A DNA stretch of 63,382 nt. It comes from an uncultured Candidatus Actinomarina sp. (GTDB lineage Bacteria > Actinomycetota > Acidimicrobiia > Actinomarinales > Actinomarinaceae). Shown one piece after another: positions 49,280 through 58,805 of the stretch. The stretch spans positions 1-63,382 of the forward strand of contig CACJIM010000006.1 of NCBI GenBank assembly GCA_902593475.1. Direction: 5' to 3'. Position 1 is the stretch's first letter, and the number at the start of each line of letters is the position of its first letter. Under the pieces are notes generated by a model, which was not told the DNA's origin, made no database searches, and saw only the letters and a program-made list of their open reading frames with translations. Both the position numbers and the translations under genes were made by a program.

Positions 49280-49506
49280 TTTCCTAAGAAATCAATAACA
49301 CTTTCCCAACCCTTAGACACGCCTTTATAAAATTCTGTATATTGACAATTTGTACAGGTAATCGCTAGAAATTTACGATTTTGGATATTCATAAAACGTG
49401 ACCAAGTTTTTCCAGTCATAGTAACGGTGTCTTCTGTAAAGCTAGTAGATTCACATTTAGGACACGTCCATACTTTTTTTTGTGCTGGATATCTTTCTTG
49501 TTCCAT
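49276..49506 (-). CDS. Small zinc-ribbon protein
   Basis: CPKC...CTNC, YTEFY. Confidence 0.8.
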   Translation of the reverse strand: MEQERYPAQKKVWTCPKCESTSFTEDTVTMTGKTWSRFMNIQNRKFLAITCTNCQYTEFYKGVSKGWESVIDFLGN

Positions 49507-49580
49507 ATTTCTAATAATAATGAATGAATCTTATATTTCTTTTAAATGGACTGGTAAATATTACAAGGGTAAAATTTAGT

Positions 49581-51548
49581 ATGTCTAAATTTCTTAGAAT
49601 CTTGTTCCTCTCTACGTTGTTATTCTTGTTTGCTTGTGGCTCAGAAGAAGCTGCTAATGTTGATCCTCAAATTGTAAAAGTTGTTGATGATGAGTTTTCG
49701 CCAAGAGTTTTACGTGTTGACCCGGGCACAACAGTAATTTGGGAATCTGGAGGGGCTAACAATCACAATGTAATTGCTAGTGATGGCAGTTGGCAAGCTA
49801 TATCTTCAGACTATTTTGAGTATGGAATTATAACTAAAGGCGACCAATATGAACACACCTTTAATGAACCTGGTGTTTATGAATATTACTGTCCATATCA
49901 TGGAACAAATAATAAAGGAATGGTTGGAACAATAGTTGTTGGCGACGTAGATTATACAGAAACTGTTGAGGCCGTCTCTGTTACTTTGACTGACAATGTT
50001 CTTAAAGTTGGAAAAAACGAACAGTACACAACAATTCAAGACGCTGTAGATAGCGCAAACACTGGTGATTTAGTTCTGATAAGTCCAGGGGTGTATAACG
50101 AAAGCGTCACAGTTACTACCTCATATTTAACCCTAAGAGGAACCGATAGAAATAAAGTCATAATTGATGGAGAGTTTATGAGGGAGAATGGAATTCAAAT
50201 CTATGAAACAGATGGCGTAACAGTTGAAAATCTCTCTGTCAGAAATTTTTCTCTGAACGGTGTTTACTGGAATACTTCAAAAGGTTTTAAAGGTTCATAC
50301 CTCACTGTTTATAACAATGGTGATTATGGAGTCTATGCATTTAATTCAACAGATGGTGTGTTTGATAATGTATATGCATCTGGACATCCTGATAGTGGAA
50401 TTTATATTGGGCAGTGTTATCCATGTAACTCATTAATTTTTGATAATGTTGTCGAAGGAAATGCTTTAGGTTACTCAGGAACTAATGCAGGAGGTCACTT
50501 GTATCTTTATAACAATATATGGAGAGACAATATGTCAGGTATAGTACCAAATACTCTCGACTCAGAGCTAAATCCACCTGGGCGAGAAACAACAATTGTA
50601 GGAAATTTAGTAATAGATAATAACAACTATGAAGCACCAACAAATCGATTTGGTGTTGTTGCAAAAGGAATGGGAATAGTTGTGCCTGGAAGAGTAGGTG
50701 ACATAATAGAAAAAAATTTGGTTGTTAACCATGACAGGTATGGCATTGTCGCAAGTCCAATGTTGGATGCTAATTTATATTTTTCACAACATGTGAGTGT
50801 AAAAGACAACGTTGTTTTGGATTCTGGATACACTGACTTGGCTCTTGCTGGACCATGGGGTCCAGGAAATTGTTTTGAGGATAATGTTTATCAAACAAGT
50901 ACCCCACCACTTTTAGAGCAACTTCATAACTGTTCATCAATAGACTCTTCAAACTTGATTGCAAGGTTTCCTTTACAGGGGGATCCTTCGGGTTTAATGA
51001 TGCTTGCTGGGTTTTTTGCTGATGCCCAAACAACAGAACTTGATAAAAACAGATATAAAGAGTACCCATGGCCAAAGGAACAAGAAAACATGAAATTTGT
51101 AGATATCAATAAGCCTTCCCCTGCAATAAATTTATTTTATGTACCTGATTTAGACTCTATTCAGGTGCCAACAAACTTACTAAATGAAGACTTAGAAAAT
51201 TACTACAATTCTGAAAAGGAGATAATTATGAGCGGAGTGCCTATTTCTAGCCCTACAATATGGCAGTTATTGTTTCAACTTTACGGTTACTTGATGCCGT
51301 TTGTGTTGTATGCTGCTTGGGCTGCTTTAGCAATAAAAGATATTGACTCTAACGAAAGGGTTAATGGGAGTATGAAGTATGTTTGGTTGGGTGTTGTTTA
51401 CCTAGTTCCATTCTTTGGAGTTTTGGTTTATCACCTTGCCGGACCTAGTGCAATTTCTCGTAGTATGAAACTTGCTGCCATAGTCGGTGGTTTGTTTAGC
51501 TACATCGCGATCCTGGTTGCAGGAGCAGTAATTAGCGGACTTGTATAA
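49581..51548 (+). CDS. Lipoprotein: cupredoxin + right-handed beta-helix + C-terminal membrane domain (start revised)
   Basis: Lipobox FLFAC; HNVIA..YYCPYH..GM; TIQDAVD..PGVYNE then beta-helix repeats; 3 C-terminal TMs including a PLDc_N-like W..VVYLVPFFG..Y. Confidence 0.75.
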   Translation: MSKFLRILFLSTLLFLFACGSEEAANVDPQIVKVVDDEFSPRVLRVDPGTTVIWESGGANNHNVIASDGSWQAISSDYFEYGIITKGDQYEHTFNEPGVYEYYCPYHGTNNKGMVGTIVVGDVDYTETVEAVSVTLTDNVLKVGKNEQYTTIQDAVDSANTGDLVLISPGVYNESVTVTTSYLTLRGTDRNKVIIDGEFMRENGIQIYETDGVTVENLSVRNFSLNGVYWNTSKGFKGSYLTVYNNGDYGVYAFNSTDGVFDNVYASGHPDSGIYIGQCYPCNSLIFDNVVEGNALGYSGTNAGGHLYLYNNIWRDNMSGIVPNTLDSELNPPGRETTIVGNLVIDNNNYEAPTNRFGVVAKGMGIVVPGRVGDIIEKNLVVNHDRYGIVASPMLDANLYFSQHVSVKDNVVLDSGYTDLALAGPWGPGNCFEDNVYQTSTPPLLEQLHNCSSIDSSNLIARFPLQGDPSGLMMLAGFFADAQTTELDKNRYKEYPWPKEQENMKFVDINKPSPAINLFYVPDLDSIQVPTNLLNEDLENYYNSEKEIIMSGVPISSPTIWQLLFQLYGYLMPFVLYAAWAALAIKDIDSNERVNGSMKYVWLGVVYLVPFFGVLVYHLAGPSAISRSMKLAAIVGGLFSYIAILVAGAVISGLV

Positions 51549-51565
51549 TTAAAGATTCTTAATTC

Positions 51566-52417
51566 ATGTCGTTTAAGAATATTCTTTGCTTTGGAACTTT
51601 AAATCCTGATTTAATTTACTTTGTTGATGAGTTGCCTAATAAAGGTGACGACATTCGCAGTTTAAAATCTTCTATTAGACCAGGAGGGACTGCTATAAAT
51701 TGTTCGGAATTAATTTCTCTTTGGGACAAATCCGTTAATGTTAGAGGAAATAGTATTGGTAGTGACCCTATGGGTAAATACTTAGTTGACTATCTAAAAG
51801 AAAATAACATAAATTTTGATGGTTTAATAATCAATCAGTCATTAACTCCAACATGTTCTATTTTTGTAGATTCTTCTGGTGAAAGAACAATAGTCTCATC
51901 AGGATATGAAGGTCTTGAGTGGAGTAATTTTGAAAATTTAAACAACTTTGATTCATTGATTATAGATAGGTACTCTATTAAGTTCATTAAAGATAAACTA
52001 AAAGATCTCAAAAAACAAAATAATTTGTTTGTTTGCCAAGCAGGTTATGAATATGAAATTAATTACAAATTAGACTTTCTAATAGTCAGCAAAGATGAAA
52101 TAAGTGTTGATGAAGCTAATAATCTTATAGATTCAAAAACTGTAAAGTATATACTTTTAACATCCTCAAACTTGCCAGCAAGACTATTGAGTGCAGAAGG
52201 GGCTATAGAAATAGTTCCTCCAGACTTTAAAACTATAAATTCAAATGGTGCTGGCGATGCAACTGCAGCATATATTGCAGCTTTTGGTGTAAACGACTTA
52301 ATTCCAAATATAAAAAAAGCCTGTGCAGCAGGTGCTATCGTAGCTGGAACAAATGATAAACCTACGGTTGAAAAAATTGAGGAAATATCACAGCTTGTAG
52401 ACGTAAACCCTCGTTAG
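51566..52417 (+). CDS. PfkB-family carbohydrate kinase
   Basis: PGGTAIN, GSDPMG, GERTIV, NGAGDA. Confidence 0.85.
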   Translation: MSFKNILCFGTLNPDLIYFVDELPNKGDDIRSLKSSIRPGGTAINCSELISLWDKSVNVRGNSIGSDPMGKYLVDYLKENNINFDGLIINQSLTPTCSIFVDSSGERTIVSSGYEGLEWSNFENLNNFDSLIIDRYSIKFIKDKLKDLKKQNNLFVCQAGYEYEINYKLDFLIVSKDEISVDEANNLIDSKTVKYILLTSSNLPARLLSAEGAIEIVPPDFKTINSNGAGDATAAYIAAFGVNDLIPNIKKACAAGAIVAGTNDKPTVEKIEEISQLVDVNPR

Positions 52418-52458
52418 CAATTTATACTTTTTAGAAATATCTACTAAAATAATTACTT

Positions 52459-54249
52459 ATGGCAGTTCCCTATAAAGCTCCAGTTAAAGATATAGTTTTT
52501 GGCTATGAAGTTATAGATTCTTATAATGTTCTAAATAAAATTTCAGCATTTAGTGATTTTTCAGAAGATATTGTTATTCCAACAATGGAAGAGTGTGCTA
52601 AATTCTCTGAAGAAGTCCTTGCACCAATAAATGCCATTGGAGATCAACAAGGAGCAACGATTAAGGATGGGGTTGTAACCATGCCTGAAGAGTTTGTTGA
52701 TGCTTATCAAAAATTTGCAGAAGCCGGATGGGCCTCAATATCTCTGCCATCTGATATTGGTGGTGGTGGAATGCCTATAACTTTGTCTGGTGGAACTTTA
52801 GAAATTCTTAGTACAGCCAATTTAGCTTTTGGTTTAGCACCGGGTTTAAGTGCTGGTGCAATTTCTGCTATAAATTTTCACGGCAGCCAAGAGCAAAAAG
52901 ATAAATTTTTACCAAAACTTGTTTCAGGTGAATGGACAGGAACAATGAATTTAAGTGAGCCTCAATCAGGGTCAGATCTTGGAACAATTACTACAAAGGC
53001 TGAGCCTCAAGAGGATGGTTCGTATAAAATAACAGGCACAAAAGTTTGGATTACATTTGGTGAACATAATATGACAGAAAATATAATTCACCTTGTTTTG
53101 GCTAAAGTTCCTGGATCTCCTGAAGGAACCAAAGGTATCTCTATGTTTATAGTGCCAAAATATACAGTTAATGATGATGGATCTGTAGGTGATTCAAATA
53201 ATGTAAGCTGTATATCTATTGAAGAAAAGCTGGGAATTCATGCAAGTCCGACTTGTGTTATGGAATATGATGGTTCTGTTGGTTATTTAGTTGGAGAAGA
53301 GAACCGAGGTCTTAACTATATGTTTACGATGATGAACGAAGCTCGTGTATGGGTAGGTGGACAAGGATTAGCATGTGCTTCAGGTTCATTGCAGGGTGCT
53401 GCTCAATATGCTAGAGACCGAGTACAAGGAAGACCTGTAGGTATGTCTAAGGAAGACGCTAAAAATTCAACAATTATTGATCATGCAGATGTTAGAAGAA
53501 TGCTTATGACAATTAAAGCATATGTCGATGCAATGAGATACCTCATGTATGATAACCAGTTAATGCTTGATGTTGAGTACTTTGGAGAAGATGAAGAAAT
53601 GAAAGCATTTGGTGAAGAAAGGTGTGGAATATTGACACCTATAACTAAAGCTTGGATATCTGATCTTGGAGTTGAATTGTCTAATATTGCAATTCAAGTC
53701 TATGGAGGCATGGGCTATGTTGAAGAAACAGGAGTAGCTCAGTACTTACGTGACGCAAGAATAGCTCCAATTTATGAAGGAACGAATGGAATTCAAGCAT
53801 TAGATTTAATGTTTAGAAAGCTACCTCTTGATAATGGTCAAGCAATGCAAAGGCTTCTATCAGATGTCAATAAAGTTATCGATGAAATGAAACAAGACGA
53901 TGAAGAGCTTGTATCAATGGCTGAAAAGCTTGAAAAGGAAGTAAATACATTATCTGAAATAACTTTATGGCTTGGTTCTAAAATGCTTGAGGGAGAGTTG
54001 GTTGATGCAAGTGCTGGTGCCACACCATATTTGAAAATGTTTGGTCAAGTTTTAGGTGGATACTATATGGGTAAAGCTGCAATTCTTGCAAACAAAAAGT
54101 TTAAAGAAACTGGTGATGAATTTTACAAAGACAAACTAACATTATCAAAATTTTATATAGAACAACTATTACCTTTAGCATCAGGATACGCATCATCTAT
54201 AACAGCAGGTAAAGATGATTTGTATGCAATGAAGGCTGAAAACTTCTAA
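52459..54249 (+). CDS. Acyl-CoA dehydrogenase (long form, DmdC-like clade)
   Basis: GTMNLSEPQSGSDL, KLGIHASPT, MNEAR, GGMGY, IYEGTNGIQALDL. Confidence 0.92.
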   Translation: MAVPYKAPVKDIVFGYEVIDSYNVLNKISAFSDFSEDIVIPTMEECAKFSEEVLAPINAIGDQQGATIKDGVVTMPEEFVDAYQKFAEAGWASISLPSDIGGGGMPITLSGGTLEILSTANLAFGLAPGLSAGAISAINFHGSQEQKDKFLPKLVSGEWTGTMNLSEPQSGSDLGTITTKAEPQEDGSYKITGTKVWITFGEHNMTENIIHLVLAKVPGSPEGTKGISMFIVPKYTVNDDGSVGDSNNVSCISIEEKLGIHASPTCVMEYDGSVGYLVGEENRGLNYMFTMMNEARVWVGGQGLACASGSLQGAAQYARDRVQGRPVGMSKEDAKNSTIIDHADVRRMLMTIKAYVDAMRYLMYDNQLMLDVEYFGEDEEMKAFGEERCGILTPITKAWISDLGVELSNIAIQVYGGMGYVEETGVAQYLRDARIAPIYEGTNGIQALDLMFRKLPLDNGQAMQRLLSDVNKVIDEMKQDDEELVSMAEKLEKEVNTLSEITLWLGSKMLEGELVDASAGATPYLKMFGQVLGGYYMGKAAILANKKFKETGDEFYKDKLTLSKFYIEQLLPLASGYASSITAGKDDLYAMKAENF

Positions 54250-54642
54250 TTGATTGATTCATTAAAAAACAAAAATAACCTAATTGCTCTCATAGGAGCA
54301 AGTAATGATAAAAATAAATACGGAAATAAGATTTTATTAGACTTAGTATCAAAAGGTCATAATGTTGTTCCTGTAAACCCTAAAGAAACATTCATCGCTG
54401 GTTTAAAGTCATACAACAATGTTTCTGAACTGAGTGAAAACCCATCAATAATTAATTTTGTAGTGCCACCCAGTATTGGTTTTGAATTAACTAAAGACCT
54501 AGTTGAATCAGGTTATGATAATTTCTGGTATCAGCCTGGTGCAGAGAGTTCAGAAATTTCTTCGTATTTAGAATCTAATAACAAAAATTATATAGATGAC
54601 AAATGCATAATGGTTGTCACAAGACTAGCCGATAATTACTAA
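54250..54642 (+). CDS. CoA-binding protein (YccU-like)
   Basis: IALIGAS, PVNP, WYQPGAE, CIMV. Confidence 0.88.
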   Translation: MIDSLKNKNNLIALIGASNDKNKYGNKILLDLVSKGHNVVPVNPKETFIAGLKSYNNVSELSENPSIINFVVPPSIGFELTKDLVESGYDNFWYQPGAESSEISSYLESNNKNYIDDKCIMVVTRLADNY

Positions 54643-55664
54643 TCCTCTAGCTCCTTATTTACGCTATCTAATTCTTCAAATGATTTCTCAAGTTTATTTA
54701 CTCTAGTAGTTTTTAATGCCTCAAAAGATTTTACAGTTTGATCTAGCCTCTTAGTTACATCGTCAAAAGATTCAATAAACTTTCTAATTTCCACTTTAAT
54801 TTTTTCATGAGTGGCCAAAATATTTTTTGTATCAGTTTGTAAACTGAATAGTTTCATTGAGTGCCTTATGGTCTCGAGGTAAGCCATTAGTGTCTGAGGA
54901 CTTACTAGTATAACTTTTTTAGAGAAAGCATACTGAATAACAGGTGTTCTGTTTGCACCGATTTCTGAAGTTAATAAAAAGTGATACAAATTTTCAAGTG
55001 GTATGTACATTAAGACAAAATCAACAGTACCTTCTTCAGCTGATATGTACCCTTCCCTTGAAGATGTATCATCAATTTTGGTTTTAATTGCTTTATCTAA
55101 AAACTCTTTATTTTTACTTCTAATAGATTCAGTTATTTCTTTTCGTGCTAACTCGTCAAGAGTTTCATCTTCAAGATCTCTGTTTAATTTGGCTATCTCC
55201 ATATAGTTCGTTAATGGAAATTTTGAATCCATATTTATTGTTTTATTTTCAGGAAGATAAAATGTGAAATCAGGAATTGTACCACTAGACATTCTTTTTT
55301 GGGTTTGGTAATGGAGGCCCTCTTTATACTCCATAATTTCTAGCAAGTCTTCGACCTGAAACTCTGCCCACTGTCCTCTACTTTGGTTATTATTTAATAC
55401 AGATATTAAATTTCTAGTTTGCTGATCCACTCCAGTTATAGAGGACTTAATTTCACCAGTCTTCTCTAGAAAATCTTTTACTGTCTGATCAGACCTATTG
55501 AGTAATTTGTATATTTGGGATTCTTCATTTTCAATTATTTCACTTACAATTCCTTTAATTAAATACTCGTCATCTTTATTGTCTTCTTCAGTTTCTTTTC
55601 TTGTTACAAAATAAAGATTGGCAAGTAAGAGGATAACTATTAAACCATAAAATATATTTTCCAT
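54639..55664 (-). CDS. rmuC: RmuC family protein
   Basis: N-terminal TM, RGQWAE, PD..MDSKFPL, FVLMYIPLE, SPQTL. Confidence 0.85.
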   Translation of the reverse strand: MENIFYGLIVILLLANLYFVTRKETEEDNKDDEYLIKGIVSEIIENEESQIYKLLNRSDQTVKDFLEKTGEIKSSITGVDQQTRNLISVLNNNQSRGQWAEFQVEDLLEIMEYKEGLHYQTQKRMSSGTIPDFTFYLPENKTINMDSKFPLTNYMEIAKLNRDLEDETLDELARKEITESIRSKNKEFLDKAIKTKIDDTSSREGYISAEEGTVDFVLMYIPLENLYHFLLTSEIGANRTPVIQYAFSKKVILVSPQTLMAYLETIRHSMKLFSLQTDTKNILATHEKIKVEIRKFIESFDDVTKRLDQTVKSFEALKTTRVNKLEKSFEELDSVNKELED

Positions 55665-55716
55665 AATTTAAGAATAGCAATATAGCAAGACAGTTTATGT
55701 TGTAAGTATTATTTAG

Positions 55717-56850
55717 TTAAACAGTATCGAATATTTTTTGAAAACTAAATTTAAAATTATCTGAGGAATAATTAGATAAAATGAATTCTTTTGCATTTAT
55801 CCCAACAGAAGTTGCTTCATTATAATTTTGAATCACATGATTTATTTTTTTTATCATGGAATCTAAATTATTACTCTCAAATACATAACCTGTTTGTCCG
55901 TCTATGACTATGTCTTGCATTCCAGGGGCGTCTGTAACAAGCACTGGGCATGCTGTTACTTGGGACTCAAATATTACTCTTGCTAGGCCCTCTGATACCG
56001 AAGGAAGAATCATTAAGTTATTTTCAGAGTAAAACTTTTTCACTTCATCTCTATTTTTATTTCCATGAATAAAAACTCTATCTTCAACATTTTTAGATTT
56101 TATTTTTTCTTTTAGACTTTCTAGATATTTTTGATTTGGTGTTGGGCCTACTATGTTCAGCTCAACCTGGTCACTAATTAACTCGGGCAAGGCATCGATA
56201 ATCATATGAGGTTTTTTTCTATCAGTCACACTTCCAATAAAGAGTATTTTAAATTTTCCACTACCATCTCTCATAGGGTCGATGTTGCTAAATATTTCAA
56301 AATCTATCCATGCTGGAAATCTTACAACACGTTTTGATGGATTAAAAGACAGTGCTTGCTCCTCTGTAGAAGAAGAAACTGCTCTCAACATATCAGCGCA
56401 ATTTATTGTGTAAGATGCAATCCTGGAAAATAAATTTTTATATAAATTTGGAAATGTTAGATTTTTTTCTAACTCCAAAGTATTTATAAAATCTCCATGT
56501 GATTCGATGACTATTTTTACATCTTTATACTTTTTTTTGATTTTATAAACACCCAGAAAACTTGTTACCGGATCTTGAAATGTAACTATTTCAATTTCAT
56601 ATTGGGATATTAATTTAGGTATTTGAAAATAAGATACAAAAAATATTTTCAAATAGTTAAAAATTCTTGATTTGTTTTTTTTATTTAAATAAAAAGTTGT
56701 CTTTGATTCAGAATGTATTTTTTTTTGGCTCGAAAATGCAAGAACTGTAACATTTGCGACTTCACTTAAATTATCGTACTTTTTTTTTATATTTTCATTT
56801 AAAGGTAAGTCATAAAAAGTTGGTGAGAAAAATAGTACATTTTTTTTCAT
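55717..56850 (-). CDS. GT4 glycosyltransferase
   Basis: ESHGD, FIG..RK, LPSVSEGLARVIFES, DGQTG. Confidence 0.88.
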   Translation of the reverse strand: MKKNVLFFSPTFYDLPLNENIKKKYDNLSEVANVTVLAFSSQKKIHSESKTTFYLNKKNKSRIFNYLKIFFVSYFQIPKLISQYEIEIVTFQDPVTSFLGVYKIKKKYKDVKIVIESHGDFINTLELEKNLTFPNLYKNLFSRIASYTINCADMLRAVSSSTEEQALSFNPSKRVVRFPAWIDFEIFSNIDPMRDGSGKFKILFIGSVTDRKKPHMIIDALPELISDQVELNIVGPTPNQKYLESLKEKIKSKNVEDRVFIHGNKNRDEVKKFYSENNLMILPSVSEGLARVIFESQVTACPVLVTDAPGMQDIVIDGQTGYVFESNNLDSMIKKINHVIQNYNEATSVGINAKEFILSNYSSDNFKFSFQKIFDTV

Positions 56851-57767
56851 AAACTAAAAAATTCTCTAAGTTCTGTTAATAGATCTACTTCATGTGTCCA
56901 TGGAACTGAGTGGCCAGCATCAGGAAAAGTTTTCACTTTTACTTCGTTTAATCTCTTAACAACATCATTTGAAGTTTCTTCTGGTACAAGTTTATCTCTA
57001 CCCCCAGTAATTACTAGGGTCTCAGCTTCAATTTCTTGTATCCAAGACCTTGCATCATAAGGAACAACAAATCTTCCCCCATCTGCGTAAATGAAGTCAT
57101 CTTTTGATTTATGCAGATTGTTCCATGCCCACTCTGTATATTCATCGTTAATAGAGTTTGATTTTTTTAAAAATGAAAACTTAGATTTTGGATTGAAATT
57201 AGGGAATAATCTTTCTCTTATTCTTACAAAACTAACAAATATTTTAAATGCTACTTTATCGCTATACACAGCACCACCAAGCCAGCTGAAAGGTGTAATT
57301 AAAACTAATTTATTTACTAATGGCTTATTTTTTTTAGCAATTGACATTGCAACTGCACTTCCCATTGACCAACCAACAATATTGCAACTTGAAATGCCAA
57401 GCTCTTTTAGAATGCTAATAACAACATCGGCATTTTCATCTACGTCCCACCTGTCCCAACTAGCATCAGACTTTCCATGATTACGCATATCTATAGCAAC
57501 AAAAGAGGTTTCATTTTTAATTTTAGGCAATATTTTAAACCAGCTTCCTAGGGAGTCTGACCCCCAGCTGTGGAGAAATATTATAGGAGTTGTGCCGTCT
57601 ATAATATTTTCTCTAATAAAGTATTCTTTTTCTCTTATGAATACAGTCCTGCCTGGAATTTTACTTGGGTGAATTTGTGTAGTTCCTGCAGATTGGCTTT
57701 TTTTGGTCTCGAGTAGGCTTTTTGTTACTGCCGTAAAAGCAAAAATTTTAGTTAGTGTTTTAATCAT
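56847..57767 (-). CDS. Alpha/beta hydrolase
   Basis: FLHSWG, DMRNHGKS, GWSMG nucleophile, GGRD, AGH; ATG overlaps selD stop (TGATG). Confidence 0.88.
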   Translation of the reverse strand: MIKTLTKIFAFTAVTKSLLETKKSQSAGTTQIHPSKIPGRTVFIREKEYFIRENIIDGTTPIIFLHSWGSDSLGSWFKILPKIKNETSFVAIDMRNHGKSDASWDRWDVDENADVVISILKELGISSCNIVGWSMGSAVAMSIAKKNKPLVNKLVLITPFSWLGGAVYSDKVAFKIFVSFVRIRERLFPNFNPKSKFSFLKKSNSINDEYTEWAWNNLHKSKDDFIYADGGRFVVPYDARSWIQEIEAETLVITGGRDKLVPEETSNDVVKRLNEVKVKTFPDAGHSVPWTHEVDLLTELREFFSL

Positions 57768-58795
57768 CAACTACTAATAATATTTATTTTTTGATTATAT
57801 CTAACAGTTATATTTCCAATTTCTTTTAGAAAAACTCCATATATTTTTTCAATTTCTATCAAATCTATATCTGTTTCAGCAGGTGCAGAAATTAATAATC
57901 CTCCACTGGTTTGAGCATCTGCTAATAAAAGTGCCTCGTCTTGATCCTCGAATGAGATAATGTCTTTTACTGAGTCAAAATTTCTTTGGCTTCCTGATGG
58001 ATAAATGCCACTATGAAAATAATTTTTTGCAAACTCAATGATTGGAACTTTATCGAATATCAAATTTGCTGATAATTTTTCATCAATCAACATCTCACTG
58101 AGGTGGCCAAGAAGTCCAAAACCAGTAACGTCTGTAATTGCATTTGCATTGAGGTGCTTTGCGACTTCAAGGCCTGCATCATTTAGGGTTGTCATTACAT
58201 TTGTTACCTGATTTATTGCTTCTTCATCGGCAACGCCTTTTTTTATTGCGGTTGCAATAATTCCAGAACCGAGAGGCTTGGTTAGAAAAAGTTTATCTCC
58301 ATTTTTAATATTCGTTTTTGTATAGATTTTTTCATTAACGATACCTGTTACAGCAAAACCATATTTTGGTTCTTTGTCATCAATACTGTGCCCTCCAACA
58401 ATATTGCAATTGGCAGACTTCATTACATCTGAGCCTCCCCTAATAACTTCTGATAAGACATCAAAACCTATATCTTCTCTTGGCCAACTTACTAACTGTA
58501 AAGATGAAATAGGTGTACCACCCATGGCATATATATCAGATAAGGCATTTGTTGCAGCAACTCTTCCCCAATCGTAAGGGTTATCTAATATAGGCGTAAA
58601 AAAATCAACTGTTTGTACAATTTTAGTTTTATTGCCTAGATCAATAACCGCGCCATCATCTGGATTTTCTAACCCCACTAAAACTTCAGAATTGTTTAAA
58701 TTATTTTGTTTTGATTGCTTCAGAACCTGAGCAAGCTCTCCTTGGGAGAGTTTACATGCTCAACCTGAGCCATGAGAATACTCTGTGAGTCTCAC
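57767..58795 (-). CDS. selD: Selenophosphate synthetase, Sec-containing (in-frame UGA at 58762-58760)
   Basis: GTG start after AAGGAGG: MRLTEYSHGSG-U-ACKL, continuing in frame into DDGAV, TVDFFTP, NALSDIYAMG, GGHS, TDVTGFGLLGH, DAQTSGGLL. Confidence 0.95.
58717..58762 (-). promoter_or_regulatory. Candidate bacterial SECIS of selD
   Basis: UGAGCA..CUCUCC-CAA-GGAGAG..UGCUCA stem-loop, with an alternative UCAG-GUU-CUGA hairpin downstream. Confidence 0.55.
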
Positions 58796-58805
58796 TTTAC
58801 CCTCC

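Noticed and set aside
55717-56850. Calling the GT4 SenB and the locus a selenoneine cluster
   Set aside because: No SenB-type motifs recognised and no SenA/EgtB gene; kept only as a hypothesis in findings.
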